Positions 46,249-55,174 of a stretch of DNA of 55,464 nucleotides are shown one piece after another. The stretch lies in contig JAOTYY010000001.1 of the NCBI GenBank assembly GCA_029861595.1, positions 1 to 55,464 of the forward strand, given 5' to 3'. Numbering within the stretch: the first letter of the stretch is position 1; each line of letters begins with the position of its first letter. The position numbers were made by a program, and so were the translations under genes. This stretch comes from Gammaproteobacteria bacterium (lineage in GTDB: Bacteria > Pseudomonadota > Gammaproteobacteria > JAHELT01). The notes under the pieces were generated by a model. It had not been told where the DNA came from and made no database searches. It saw nothing but the letters and a program-made list of their open reading frames with translations.

Positions 46249-47535
46249 ATGAAGATCTGCTCTTTGGTTCAATATACAAGCGCAATCTTACTGGCTTTGT
46301 CGATGTTTACGTTGCTGGCGTGTGCCTCTCCGAAATATTTTGGCGACCACGAATACAGCGAAACAGTGCAGCTTGGACCACGACCTTACTATCTAGTCGA
46401 TGACATGGACTCAGGCCATCTTAAAGGCGAATTGAAACAATGCAACAACAAGGAAAATCGTTTCAGGAAAACTGATTTTTCGATTGGCCATCGCGGTGCG
46501 GCAATGCAATTCCCGGAGCACACCAGAGAATCCTATGTAGCCGCGGCAAGAATGGGTGCCGGCATACTTGAATGTGATGTCACTTTCACTAAAGACCGCA
46601 AACTGGTCTGTCGTCACTCGCAGTGCGACCTGCACACCACAACGAACATACTCGTTACACCGCTGGCCGAGAAATGTGCGATTCCTTTTGATCCTGTCAC
46701 ATTTGATGTGGACGGAAACCTGGTGACTCCTGCCTCAGCGAGCTGTTGCACAAACGATATCACGTTAGAGGAATTCAAATCGCTCAAGGGCAAAATGGAC
46801 GCGACTAACTCACGAGCCGCCTCGGTCGAAGAATATCTGGACGCAACTCCCAAGTGGCGTACGGATCTATATACCCAAGAGGGCACGCTCTTGAGCCATG
46901 CGGAAAGTATCGAATTGTTTGAATTGTTACGAGTTAAGATGACGCCGGAGCTGAAAAGCCCAAGTGTGGAAATGCCCTTCGACGGTGATTATACGCAAGA
47001 GACTTACGCACAGCAGATGATCGACGAATATAAAATTGCCGGGGTCAATGCGAAAGATGTTTATGCCCAGTCGTTTAACCTGGACGATGTAAAATACTGG
47101 ATCACTAATGAACCTCGGTTCGGAAGAAATGCAGTATACCTGGACGACCGATACGATGACTCAAGCTTTGACTTCAGAGATCCATCAACCTATTCGCCGT
47201 CGATGGAGGAGCTGGCGGCAGATGGCGTGCGGATTATTGCCCCGCCGATCTGGATGTTGATCGACCTCGACGCGAACAGCGAAATCGTACCTTCTGCCTA
47301 CGCCGACGCGGCGAAGACTGCCGGACTCAATATCATCGCCTGGACGCTGGAACGATCTGGATTACTCGGAAATGGCGGCGGTTGGTACTACCAATCGATC
47401 ACACCAGTTATCAATAATGACGGTGACATGCTCAAAGTGCTGGATGTTTTGGCGCAAGATGTTGGTGTGCTCGGCGTATTCTCTGACTGGCCTGCAACGG
47501 TCAGCTATTACGCCAATTGCAAGGAATTGAAATAG
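46249..47535 (+). CDS. Glycerophosphodiester phosphodiesterase (GDPD) family lipoprotein
   Basis: 428 aa with a lipobox (LLAC) in [75 protein letters not shown] is the GDPD N-terminal motif. GGAGG lies 5 nt upstream. AT-richer than flanking genes. Confidence 0.8.
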   Translation: MKICSLVQYTSAILLALSMFTLLACASPKYFGDHEYSETVQLGPRPYYLVDDMDSGHLKGELKQCNNKENRFRKTDFSIGHRGAAMQFPEHTRESYVAAARMGAGILECDVTFTKDRKLVCRHSQCDLHTTTNILVTPLAEKCAIPFDPVTFDVDGNLVTPASASCCTNDITLEEFKSLKGKMDATNSRAASVEEYLDATPKWRTDLYTQEGTLLSHAESIELFELLRVKMTPELKSPSVEMPFDGDYTQETYAQQMIDEYKIAGVNAKDVYAQSFNLDDVKYWITNEPRFGRNAVYLDDRYDDSSFDFRDPSTYSPSMEELAADGVRIIAPPIWMLIDLDANSEIVPSAYADAAKTAGLNIIAWTLERSGLLGNGGGWYYQSITPVINNDGDMLKVLDVLAQDVGVLGVFSDWPATVSYYANCKELK

Positions 47536-47589
47536 TCCGCTAGTTCGCTTCTGACGATTTCAACGGTGCCTCGCGACCAGAGGAGCCCC

Positions 47590-49761
47590 ATGGCGAAGCG
47601 CATCAAGCCCCGCGGCGGTCGAGTTCCCTACGGGCTGTCCATGTGGCGAGACGAGCACGGCGTCCCCCATATAATCGCTCCCACCCTCGAAGCGGCTCAC
47701 TGGGGCATGGGCTACTGCCACGCCCTGGACCGCGGCATCCAGCTCTTTCTCATGCGCGTGCTCGGCCAGGGTCGAGCCTGCGAGCTTCTGAGCTCGAACG
47801 ACGAGTTGCTCGAGCTGGATCGCTTCTTCCGTCGCATGAACTGGGGCGGCCACCTGGCGCCGGAGCTGGCCAAGCTGGACGCGGAGTGCATCTCACTGCT
47901 GCACGCCTACTGCGACGGCATCAACACCCGGCTCGCAGTGAAGCGGCCCTGGGAATTCTGGCTGTTGGGCTACCGCCCCGAACCCTGGCGGCTGGAGGAC
48001 ACCATGCTCCTGGCCCGCATGACGGGCTACCTGACGCTGGCGCAGTCCCAGGCGGAGAGCGAGCGTTTGCTGCTGGAACTGGTGCAGGCCGGCGTGGCAA
48101 ACGACAAGCTCGAGGCATTGTTCCCGGGCAACCTCGTCGGCCTTGACCGGGCGCTGATCGAGCGAGTGACGCTGGGCGAGCGCATCGTGCCGGAGGCGCT
48201 GAAGTGGCTTAGCGCCGCCCCTCGCATGATGGCCTCCAACAACTGGGTGGTGGCGGCTTCCAAATCAGCTACCGGCAGCGCGCTGATGGCCAACGATCCT
48301 CATCTGGAAATCAACCGCCTGCCCGCGGTGTGGGTCGAGCAGGTCATCGAACTGCCGGACCGCTACTTTCTGTGCGCCAACATGCCCGGGCTGCCCGCGC
48401 CTCTGGTGGGTCGCAGCGAGCACCTCGCCTGGGGCTCGACCTACACCTTCATGGATGCAGTGGACTCATGGGTGGAGCACTGCCGTGATGGCCGATTCCG
48501 CCGAGAGGCGGACGACTGGCAGGCGTTCACGGTGCGCACCGAGGAGATCCTGCGCAAGAAGCAGAACCCGGTGACCGTCACTTACTATGAGAACGATCAC
48601 GGCGTGCTCGACGGGGATCCCCATCAGGAGGGCTACTACCTGACCACCCGCTGGACGCCGAGCCGCTCAGGGGGCGAGACGCTTATGGCGATCAAGAACC
48701 TGTGGCAGGCTACCACCGTCGATCAGGGCATGGCGGCCCTCGGGCGGGTAGAAAGCTCCTGGAGCTGGGTTCTGGCCGACAGCCTAGGCGACATCGGGTT
48801 CCAGATGTCCGGTCTGATGCCCCGCCGACCCGAAGGAGCCACGGGCTTTGTACCCCTGCCGGGCTGGGATCCGGCCAACGACTGGCAAGGCATGGTCTCT
48901 GCGGAGGATCTGCCGCGGGTCGTGAATCCGCCCGAGGGGTTTCTGGTCACGGCGAATCAGGATCTCAACGCCCTGGGTCTGGCGTCCCCTATCAACATGC
49001 CCATGGGCGACTACCGCGCCCGTCGCATTACCGCGCAGCTCGCGCAGCGCGTGCAGGTCAGCGTCGAGGATTGCGAGGAGCTCCACTGCGACACTTACTC
49101 CATCCAGGCCGCCGAGTTCATGGAACAGCTCCGCTCTCTGTTGCCCGATACCGACGCTGGGATGCTGCTGCGTGAGTGGGACTGCGACTACGGAGTAGAC
49201 TCCCGGGGCGCCGTGATCTTCGAGAAGCTCTATCGAGAGCTTTACCGCGAACTCCTGCAGCCCACCCTTGGCGAGGAGGTCTTCGAGTACCTGCTGGACG
49301 GCACCGGAGTGTTCATCGACTTCTATCAGAACGTGGATCGTCTGCTGCTGGCGAAGACCTCGCCCTGGCACGGCGGACGGAATCAGGAAGCCTTGTTCGA
49401 GGCCGCCCTCAAGAGGCTGCCGGCAAAGGTCGACGCTCGGTGGGGCGAACGGAACCGACTGGTGATGAGCCACCTGCTGTTCGGGGATAAATTTCCGCGC
49501 TTCCTCGGGTTCGACCGGGGGCCCTACGCCATCCCAGGGGGCCGGGCCACCCCCCACCAGGGGCAGATCTACGAGAGCGCCGGCCGGCTCACCAGCTTCG
49601 CGCCCTCCCTGCGTATTATCGCCGACCTAGGTGAGAAGGAGCTCCGTTCCTGCCTGGCCGGGGGGCCCCGGGACCGCCGCTTTTCGAAGTGGTACTGCAC
49701 TGGGATGTCCGACTGGATAGCCGGCCGTTACAAGATCCTGCGACCCCTCCCCGCGCGGTGA
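47590..49761 (+). CDS. Penicillin acylase (Ntn-hydrolase S45) family protein, no signal peptide evident
   Basis: AGGAG lies 4 nt upstream of the ATG at 47590; the track start is 47566. RDEHGVPHIIA, GYCHALDRGIQL and the processing-site/nucleophile context MASNNWVV followed by ANDPHL are family hallmarks. Confidence 0.85.
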   Translation: MAKRIKPRGGRVPYGLSMWRDEHGVPHIIAPTLEAAHWGMGYCHALDRGIQLFLMRVLGQGRACELLSSNDELLELDRFFRRMNWGGHLAPELAKLDAECISLLHAYCDGINTRLAVKRPWEFWLLGYRPEPWRLEDTMLLARMTGYLTLAQSQAESERLLLELVQAGVANDKLEALFPGNLVGLDRALIERVTLGERIVPEALKWLSAAPRMMASNNWVVAASKSATGSALMANDPHLEINRLPAVWVEQVIELPDRYFLCANMPGLPAPLVGRSEHLAWGSTYTFMDAVDSWVEHCRDGRFRREADDWQAFTVRTEEILRKKQNPVTVTYYENDHGVLDGDPHQEGYYLTTRWTPSRSGGETLMAIKNLWQATTVDQGMAALGRVESSWSWVLADSLGDIGFQMSGLMPRRPEGATGFVPLPGWDPANDWQGMVSAEDLPRVVNPPEGFLVTANQDLNALGLASPINMPMGDYRARRITAQLAQRVQVSVEDCEELHCDTYSIQAAEFMEQLRSLLPDTDAGMLLREWDCDYGVDSRGAVIFEKLYRELYRELLQPTLGEEVFEYLLDGTGVFIDFYQNVDRLLLAKTSPWHGGRNQEALFEAALKRLPAKVDARWGERNRLVMSHLLFGDKFPRFLGFDRGPYAIPGGRATPHQGQIYESAGRLTSFAPSLRIIADLGEKELRSCLAGGPRDRRFSKWYCTGMSDWIAGRYKILRPLPAR

Positions 49762-49925
49762 TCGCCGGAGCTACCCGTTGACGCCGCAGTCGGTAACGTT
49801 GTTCCCGCTACCTCCTTCCGATCGTTGGCCCACGGGGTGTCCATGCCCGAACTCTGATAAGAAGCCCGGTTTGACAGACCCGGCAGTGATCCGGTTGCCG
49901 CCCGCTCGAATAGAAGTCGGAGTCT

Positions 49926-49981
49926 CAAGAGGATTCGAACGTGATGAAAGCCACGCAATCGGCTTGCTGGCGTTGCCGTTT
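49926..49981. repeat. Long copy (B) of the repeat family
   Basis: CAAGAGGATTCGAACGTGATGAAAGCCACGCAATCGGCTTGCTGGCGTTGCCGTTT. See copies A and C. Confidence 0.75.
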
Positions 49982-50061
49982 GTGCAAATCCCACGCGGCC
50001 TTACTTGACACGCACCGATGCCGCAATGCAGCACATAGCCAAGCGGGCAGCTACCGTAGCG

Positions 50062-50418
50062 CTATGATTCCGGCCAGGCGCTGATTACCCAAAATACACC
50101 AGAAGCTATAGCAATGATGCCCGCTCTGGGACGAGCGTAGGGATCAGGCCTGGTTTTCTCTCCACCGATCCCGAGCATTGAAAAATAGTCGCAGAACAGT
50201 GTCAGCACGGCAAAAATCGCAAGCATTCCGGCGCCAACACCGAACCACGTCGAACTGTTCGCGTAGAGGGTCATTCCTATCGGGAAGATGAAACTGAGCA
50301 CCGCCATCACGGTGACGAGATTTCGCAAAATCAACATCATGCGCATATTCTCAACGGAGAGCATCGATGATGTGGCAGGCGCCGTCAACAGGCGATGCAT
50401 TTTAGGTCTTCGCCGCAA
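50062..50418 (-). CDS. Small hypothetical membrane protein (about 3 TM)
   Basis: 118-aa ORF with hydrophobic helices VTVMAVLSFIFPIGMTLY, FGVGAGMLAIFAVLTLF and IIAIASGVFWVISAW. The true start may be an internal Met. Confidence 0.5.
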   Translation of the reverse strand: MRRRPKMHRLLTAPATSSMLSVENMRMMLILRNLVTVMAVLSFIFPIGMTLYANSSTWFGVGAGMLAIFAVLTLFCDYFSMLGIGGEKTRPDPYARPRAGIIAIASGVFWVISAWPES

Positions 50419-50496
50419 CGTCTTGAGTGCCTGCGCATCTAAACCATATCCTTCGCGAAGCTTCCGCGCCTAGACGACTCGCAGCAGGTTCGGCAT

Positions 50497-50746
50497 ATGT
50501 TTGCATGGTTGAGAAACGTTGTGAGCCGCGCCCTTGCGGCCTATCTTACCCAGCCGATCAGGCGATGCTGTATCGGTGCACGACCTCGAAACGCTAGAAG
50601 TAGTATTAGAGCCGGCCGACGTCTTGCTCGTCGAGGGTAATCTACGGTTCAGTACCGCAATCAAGTACCTGGCGCAGTCTACTTGGTCGCACGCGGCGAT
50701 GTTCGTCGGTAACGCTCTGGAATTGAAAAACCGTACTTCCAAGTAG
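50497..50746 (+). pseudogene. Frameshifted and truncated remnant of a YiiX-like (permuted papain-fold, 'lipo-like') protein
   Basis: The ATG at 50497 gives MFAWLRNVVSRALAAYLTQPIR. Homology then continues in another frame (track ORF 50534..50746) as VHDLETLEVVLEPADVLLVEGNLRFSTAIKYLAQSTWSHAAMFVGN. A stop follows after about 80 codons, whereas family members as I recall them are several-fold longer. Confidence 0.5.
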
Positions 50747-51019
50747 TGAAACCCACTGTGTCGCGAGGATTTAGTTACAAGGAACTCGTATGGGCTGATT
50801 CTGCATCACCATCGACCTGAAACGCCCATTCCGCTGGCGAGCAGGCGAATGGATATCGGGATCAAACGTATTTACGAAGAACCGAATGCCGCTGACGGTC
50901 GCGCGGTACCCTCGGACAGACCAGCGAGTCGCAAGCCCACGGAAGCCAACCACACAAACACCGAAACACTCAACAACGCCATGATCGAAAAAGCCGCTCC
51001 CGCAGAGACGTACCCCCCG

Positions 51020-53002
51020 CTAGATCAGATCGGCGTCGGTGATAATTTCGACCAACGCAGGACCGTCGTGCGCGAGCCCTTCGCCGAGCGCGTTCTCCAA
51101 TTCCGCAGCCTGTGTGACTTTGATGCCTTTGCCACCGCACAATTCCGCGTACGCCGCGAAGCTCGGGTTGTGCAGCGTGGTTTGCCAGACCGGCCACTCA
51201 CCGGCACGCTGTTCTTTGGAGATTTTGCCGAGCTGCGAGTTGTTCAGCAGTACATGCGTGATGGCCATATTGTATTTTACGGCGGTGTTGAAATCACCCA
51301 TGTACTGGCCGAAACCGCCGTCGCCGCTCACTGAGACGACCTTGCGGCCACGGTACGCAGCCTGATCCTGCGTCGCCGCCCACGCACCCATGGCGGCGGG
51401 AAACGCAAAACCAATGGACCCCAGATAGCCCGACATCAGGATTTGCTGGTTCACGGTTTCGAAATAGCGGCCGAAGGAATAGGTATTGTTGCCGACGTCT
51501 ACCGCGATGATCGCATCGTCGGGTAACACGTTAGTCATCGCCGCGAAAACGCTGGCCGAATTCAGGCCCTGCCCGCGTTCATCGGCCAGGCGGCCGGCCT
51601 TTTCACTCCGCCAGATCGACCAGCGCTCGACCAGTTCCGGACGTTGATCGACGGTCGCCGGCTCATTCGGCAGGGCTTGCGCGAGGCGTTTCGCTGTCAC
51701 ACCGATTTCACCCCAGACCGGGACCGTGACGGCATGAAATTTACCCAGCGCCATTCGCTCGAAATCGACTTGCACGATGGGCCGCTTCGGCGTGATACCA
51801 GTATGGTTGGAAAACGACGAACCGAACGCGAGAATCAAGTCGCATTCGTTCATGAACCAGCTCGCGACCGGCGTTCCGGACCGGCCCAGCACCCCGGCGG
51901 CCAGCGCATGCTTGTCCGAGATCTGACCTTTGGCTTTAAATGTCGTTAGGACCGGCGCGCGCAGCGGTTCCGCGAGCGCGATCACCTCGCTCATGGCATC
52001 GCGTGCTCCATAGCCCACTACGACAATCGGACGTTTGGCCTTGGCAATCAAGCCCGTCGCATCCTTTAGCGCGGTCTCCGCTGGCGTGATTTCCGCGGCC
52101 GCCACACGGCCCTCGGGAAACGCGGCTTTGTCGGTCTCCGCGGCAGGCAGCGTCTGCACGTCGTCAGGAAATATCAGGTGCGCGACATCGCGTTCAACCA
52201 GAGCGTTTTTACAGGCCAGCGACATCAGTTCCGCGTGTTTGGACGTGTGCAGAACTGTGTGGCTGAAACGCGCCACCGGCGCGAATGCGGTGGCGAGGTC
52301 GATTTCCTGAAAAGCACCGGGCCCCAGCACCTGCACATCGACTTGCCCGGTGAGGGCCAGTAACGGCGCCCGGTCGACTTTGGCGTCCCACAATCCAGTC
52401 ATCAGATTGGTCGCGCCGGGCCCGGCGATGGTCAGGCAGGCAGCCGGTTTACCGGTCAATTTTGCGTACCCGGAACAGGCGAACGCAGCGGCGCCTTCGT
52501 GACGAATGCCATAGTAGCGCAGGCGTTGCTGTTTTTCCTGCAGGCGCAACGCATCGGCGAGCCCCAGGTTGGAATGGCCGACCATGCCAAACACCGTCGT
52601 CACGCCCCAGTTAGTCATGGTCTCGGCCATCACGTCGGTAACCGTGACGGAATGGTCGGCGTCGGCCTCCAGGCCGATGTAGATACCATCTTTCCGTACC
52701 TCTAACGGGTACAGCGTTTGACCGCTGTCTTCGTGCCCACCGGGCGGCAATCCGGTGCGCGGGTCGAAGTCCCAACCGTGCCACGGGCAACGCAGCCAGC
52801 ACTGGCCATCGGCGCCGATTTCGATAGAACCTTCGCCCAGTGGCCCACCCTGGTGCGGGCAGCGGTTGTCCATCGCCGTGTAATTTCCCTCGATGTTGGT
52901 CAGGGCCATGGAGCGGGTGCCCGCCGTAACGGTTTTCACCCGCCCCGGCGGTAATTCGTCGACATCGGCAACGCGGTGCCATTGCAGGTTGTCATCAGTC
53001 AT
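51020..53002 (-). CDS. Rieske [2Fe-2S] domain fused to a ThDP-dependent enzyme (pyruvate oxidase / acetolactate synthase-like)
   Basis: 660 aa. The N-terminal 105 or so aa carry CPH (48-50) and CPWH (72-75). The rest has ThDP-enzyme domains (GVTTVFGMVGHSNLGL; GPGATNLMTGLWDA; ThDP motif GDGGFGQYMGDFNTAVKYNMAITHVLLNN). Confidence 0.85.
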   Translation of the reverse strand: MTDDNLQWHRVADVDELPPGRVKTVTAGTRSMALTNIEGNYTAMDNRCPHQGGPLGEGSIEIGADGQCWLRCPWHGWDFDPRTGLPPGGHEDSGQTLYPLEVRKDGIYIGLEADADHSVTVTDVMAETMTNWGVTTVFGMVGHSNLGLADALRLQEKQQRLRYYGIRHEGAAAFACSGYAKLTGKPAACLTIAGPGATNLMTGLWDAKVDRAPLLALTGQVDVQVLGPGAFQEIDLATAFAPVARFSHTVLHTSKHAELMSLACKNALVERDVAHLIFPDDVQTLPAAETDKAAFPEGRVAAAEITPAETALKDATGLIAKAKRPIVVVGYGARDAMSEVIALAEPLRAPVLTTFKAKGQISDKHALAAGVLGRSGTPVASWFMNECDLILAFGSSFSNHTGITPKRPIVQVDFERMALGKFHAVTVPVWGEIGVTAKRLAQALPNEPATVDQRPELVERWSIWRSEKAGRLADERGQGLNSASVFAAMTNVLPDDAIIAVDVGNNTYSFGRYFETVNQQILMSGYLGSIGFAFPAAMGAWAATQDQAAYRGRKVVSVSGDGGFGQYMGDFNTAVKYNMAITHVLLNNSQLGKISKEQRAGEWPVWQTTLHNPSFAAYAELCGGKGIKVTQAAELENALGEGLAHDGPALVEIITDADLI

Positions 53003-53020
53003 AGCAGGTGTGTCCTTTGC

Positions 53021-53866
53021 CTAGTTGCCGGCTAGCAGATGTTGGCGGCCAGCGTGCACCATGATGCGCCAGAGCTCCAGCAGGTAGGTCTGTGGATCGC
53101 TTTGTCGCAACAGCGTTTTGTACAACAGCGCGGCACCGGTGAAGCTCGAGGTATTCCAGTAACTGCCCTCCGGCAGCGGCGTAGCCTGCAGCGCATCGGG
53201 TAGCGGGTGAGCCGTGATATAAAAATACGGTTCCCCTATGCCGGTGTCGCCGAGCGTGAATCCGAAGTTCATCTGTTTATCGGCGTATTCTTCATTGTCG
53301 GGGTCTTGACCATGGATCAACTCGCCCGGCAGCCACAACAGCGAGATATCGAAATGGTGCGGCCACAGTTGCAGCGGGCTCGTTTCTTCGCGCAATTCGT
53401 TTCGCAGACGTTCCAGGGCGGTTAGCACCGCTCGCCACACATAGCCTATCGTCCGTGCATGCTCTGGCGAAAAATCGACGTACGTTCGTGCATGCGCTGC
53501 ATCCTCTCGCGGCGCCGGCATGTGTTCGGGCGCTATACCATTTGCGCCAAGGAAATCGCGCGCTGCTTCAGCGAGGCTGGCCGGCGTCTGCCCATGCAGC
53601 GCCTGTACGAGACAGCTGCCGTTCGCTGTTTGTACTCGAAACTGGCTGTCGCGCACATCGAGATCCAGCTGGAAGTCGACGCTGTGACAAATGACTCCAG
53701 AGCTCAGCCCATGCAATGCCAGGCGCACACTGCCATGCCACCAGTGCTTGCGCCGGGTGCGGCAATGAGCCGCCCAGTCGCCCAGGATGCGCGAATAAGC
53801 ATGCAGGGCATCGCGCGTGCTCGTAAACGCGGGAGAATCCGGAATCGTGGGGAAGGTCGTCGTCAT
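53021..53866 (-). CDS. Conserved hypothetical protein (resembles DUF5996 family from memory)
   Basis: 281 aa, cytoplasmic, with TRDALHAYSRILGDWA...HWWHGSVRL. 18 nt upstream of the Rieske-ThDP gene on the same strand. Confidence 0.55.
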   Translation of the reverse strand: MTTTFPTIPDSPAFTSTRDALHAYSRILGDWAAHCRTRRKHWWHGSVRLALHGLSSGVICHSVDFQLDLDVRDSQFRVQTANGSCLVQALHGQTPASLAEAARDFLGANGIAPEHMPAPREDAAHARTYVDFSPEHARTIGYVWRAVLTALERLRNELREETSPLQLWPHHFDISLLWLPGELIHGQDPDNEEYADKQMNFGFTLGDTGIGEPYFYITAHPLPDALQATPLPEGSYWNTSSFTGAALLYKTLLRQSDPQTYLLELWRIMVHAGRQHLLAGN

Positions 53867-53887
53867 CAGAAGGTTCCTCAGGCCATT

Positions 53888-55174
53888 TCACAACAATCCC
53901 GGTTGATCTTGTGTCTGTTGCATGCCCTCACGCAGTGGCAACTCAGTCACCACACGATTCTCTTCACACTCGCCCATCGCCGCCGCTTTACGCCCGTAAA
54001 GCCTGGCCAGCGGCGCCGCCGTTACCCCGTGCAACAGCGCGCTCAGCGCGACGGTGACGATGGTGATTGCGAACAGTTTCTCAACATTGGCAACTTCCAT
54101 CTCCTCGAGAATCAGCAGTCCAAACAAAATCGAGGCGATGCCGCGTGGTCCGAACCAGCCTAAAAACAACCGGGTGGGCCAGCCGACGCCGGTCCTGAAT
54201 AACGATACGGCTACCGGCAGCATACGAATCACTGTAAGGCTCATCAGCGCATAGAACACAACACTGCCGTCGATATGCTGCAGACCCTTGGGCAGTAACG
54301 CGGCGCCGAACACCATGAATGTGATCAGCATCAGCAACTGGCCTTCGGTCTCCATGAACTCGAACAGAAATGTACAAGGGTGGCGTATGGTATTGCCGAA
54401 CGCAACACCACCAACAAAAGCCGCAATGAAACCGTTGCCGCCAAGCATTTCCGCCAACACAAAACAGAGCAATGCCAGCGCCAGAATAGCGATACCCTGG
54501 AATGAGGTCGCCGCCCACTGCTTTTCTGCTACGCGATCCAGAACACGCCCGCCGACCATACCGACGATCGCACCGGTCACAGGACCAAGTGTGATCTGCA
54601 GCAAACCGAACTGCAGCCACTCACCAGCGTCTGTGTCCGCATGCGACGCGCTCGCCAGTGCGGCGAACAACAACACGGCCGGCAATGCGATACCGTCGTT
54701 GAGACCGCTTTCCACGTTGATCGCCTGGCGGATACGCACCGGAACCTCGCGGGCGGATACCACCGACTGGCCCAGCGCCGCGTCCGTAGGCGCGAGCAAT
54801 GCCGCCAGCAGGGCCGCTTCCCAAAACGCAAATTCGGGAAACAGAACTGCTGCCAGCACAGCACCGGTCAGCATCACCAGCGGCAACCCGACGACGAGCA
54901 TGCGCAACGGCAGATTATGATCACGCCTGAGACTGCCCAGATCGATGCGCGCCGCATCACTGAACAGCACCAGAATAAGCGTCAATTCCGCCACCAGATG
55001 CAGCGCATCATTCCCTGGATCGACCTGCGCCACACCCAGCCCACCTGCGCCGACCAGATAACCAAACACAATAAACACCAGCGGTGCGGTCAGGACAGTC
55101 CCCTGGAGTCGTCCTGAAAAGAGCGCAAACAACAGAAATCCCGCGACGATGATAGCAATAGAGTTCAGATCCAT
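53888..55174 (-). CDS. Cation:proton antiporter (Na+/H+ exchanger, CPA1-type)
   Basis: I start at the ATG at 55174 (MDLNSIAIIVAGFLLFALF). About 12 TMs, with the APTDAALG and ESGLNDG motifs typical of Na+/H+ exchanger family proteins. Confidence 0.85.
   Translation of the reverse strand: MDLNSIAIIVAGFLLFALFSGRLQGTVLTAPLVFIVFGYLVGAGGLGVAQVDPGNDALHLVAELTLILVLFSDAARIDLGSLRRDHNLPLRMLVVGLPLVMLTGAVLAAVLFPEFAFWEAALLAALLAPTDAALGQSVVSAREVPVRIRQAINVESGLNDGIALPAVLLFAALASASHADTDAGEWLQFGLLQITLGPVTGAIVGMVGGRVLDRVAEKQWAATSFQGIAILALALLCFVLAEMLGGNGFIAAFVGGVAFGNTIRHPCTFLFEFMETEGQLLMLITFMVFGAALLPKGLQHIDGSVVFYALMSLTVIRMLPVAVSLFRTGVGWPTRLFLGWFGPRGIASILFGLLILEEMEVANVEKLFAITIVTVALSALLHGVTAAPLARLYGRKAAAMGECEENRVVTELPLREGMQQTQDQPGLL

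Noticed and set aside
49931-49940. GGATTCGAAC in repeat copy B (complement GTTCGAATCC) looks like a tRNA T-loop, which suggested a tRNA 3' fragment / island att site
   Set aside because: The flanking 5-mers (TCACG / CCTCT) cannot form a T-stem. No acceptor or anticodon arm can be drawn. Copies A and C have the loop degenerated. No intact tRNA or integrase is in the window.
44621-49981. Integron-like cassette array hypothesis for the three repeats
   Set aside because: I found no RYYYAAC...GTTRRRY attC ends in the copies, there is no intI gene, and the enclosed blocks hold several genes with their own promoter/RBS signals.
50849-51334. 161-aa ORF beginning MDIGIKRIYEEPNAADG (DUF488-like start)
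   Set aside because: Only the first 17 or so residues resemble DUF488. From 51020 onward it is antisense to the well-supported Rieske-ThDP gene. At most it is a short degenerate remnant, so it is not called as a CDS.
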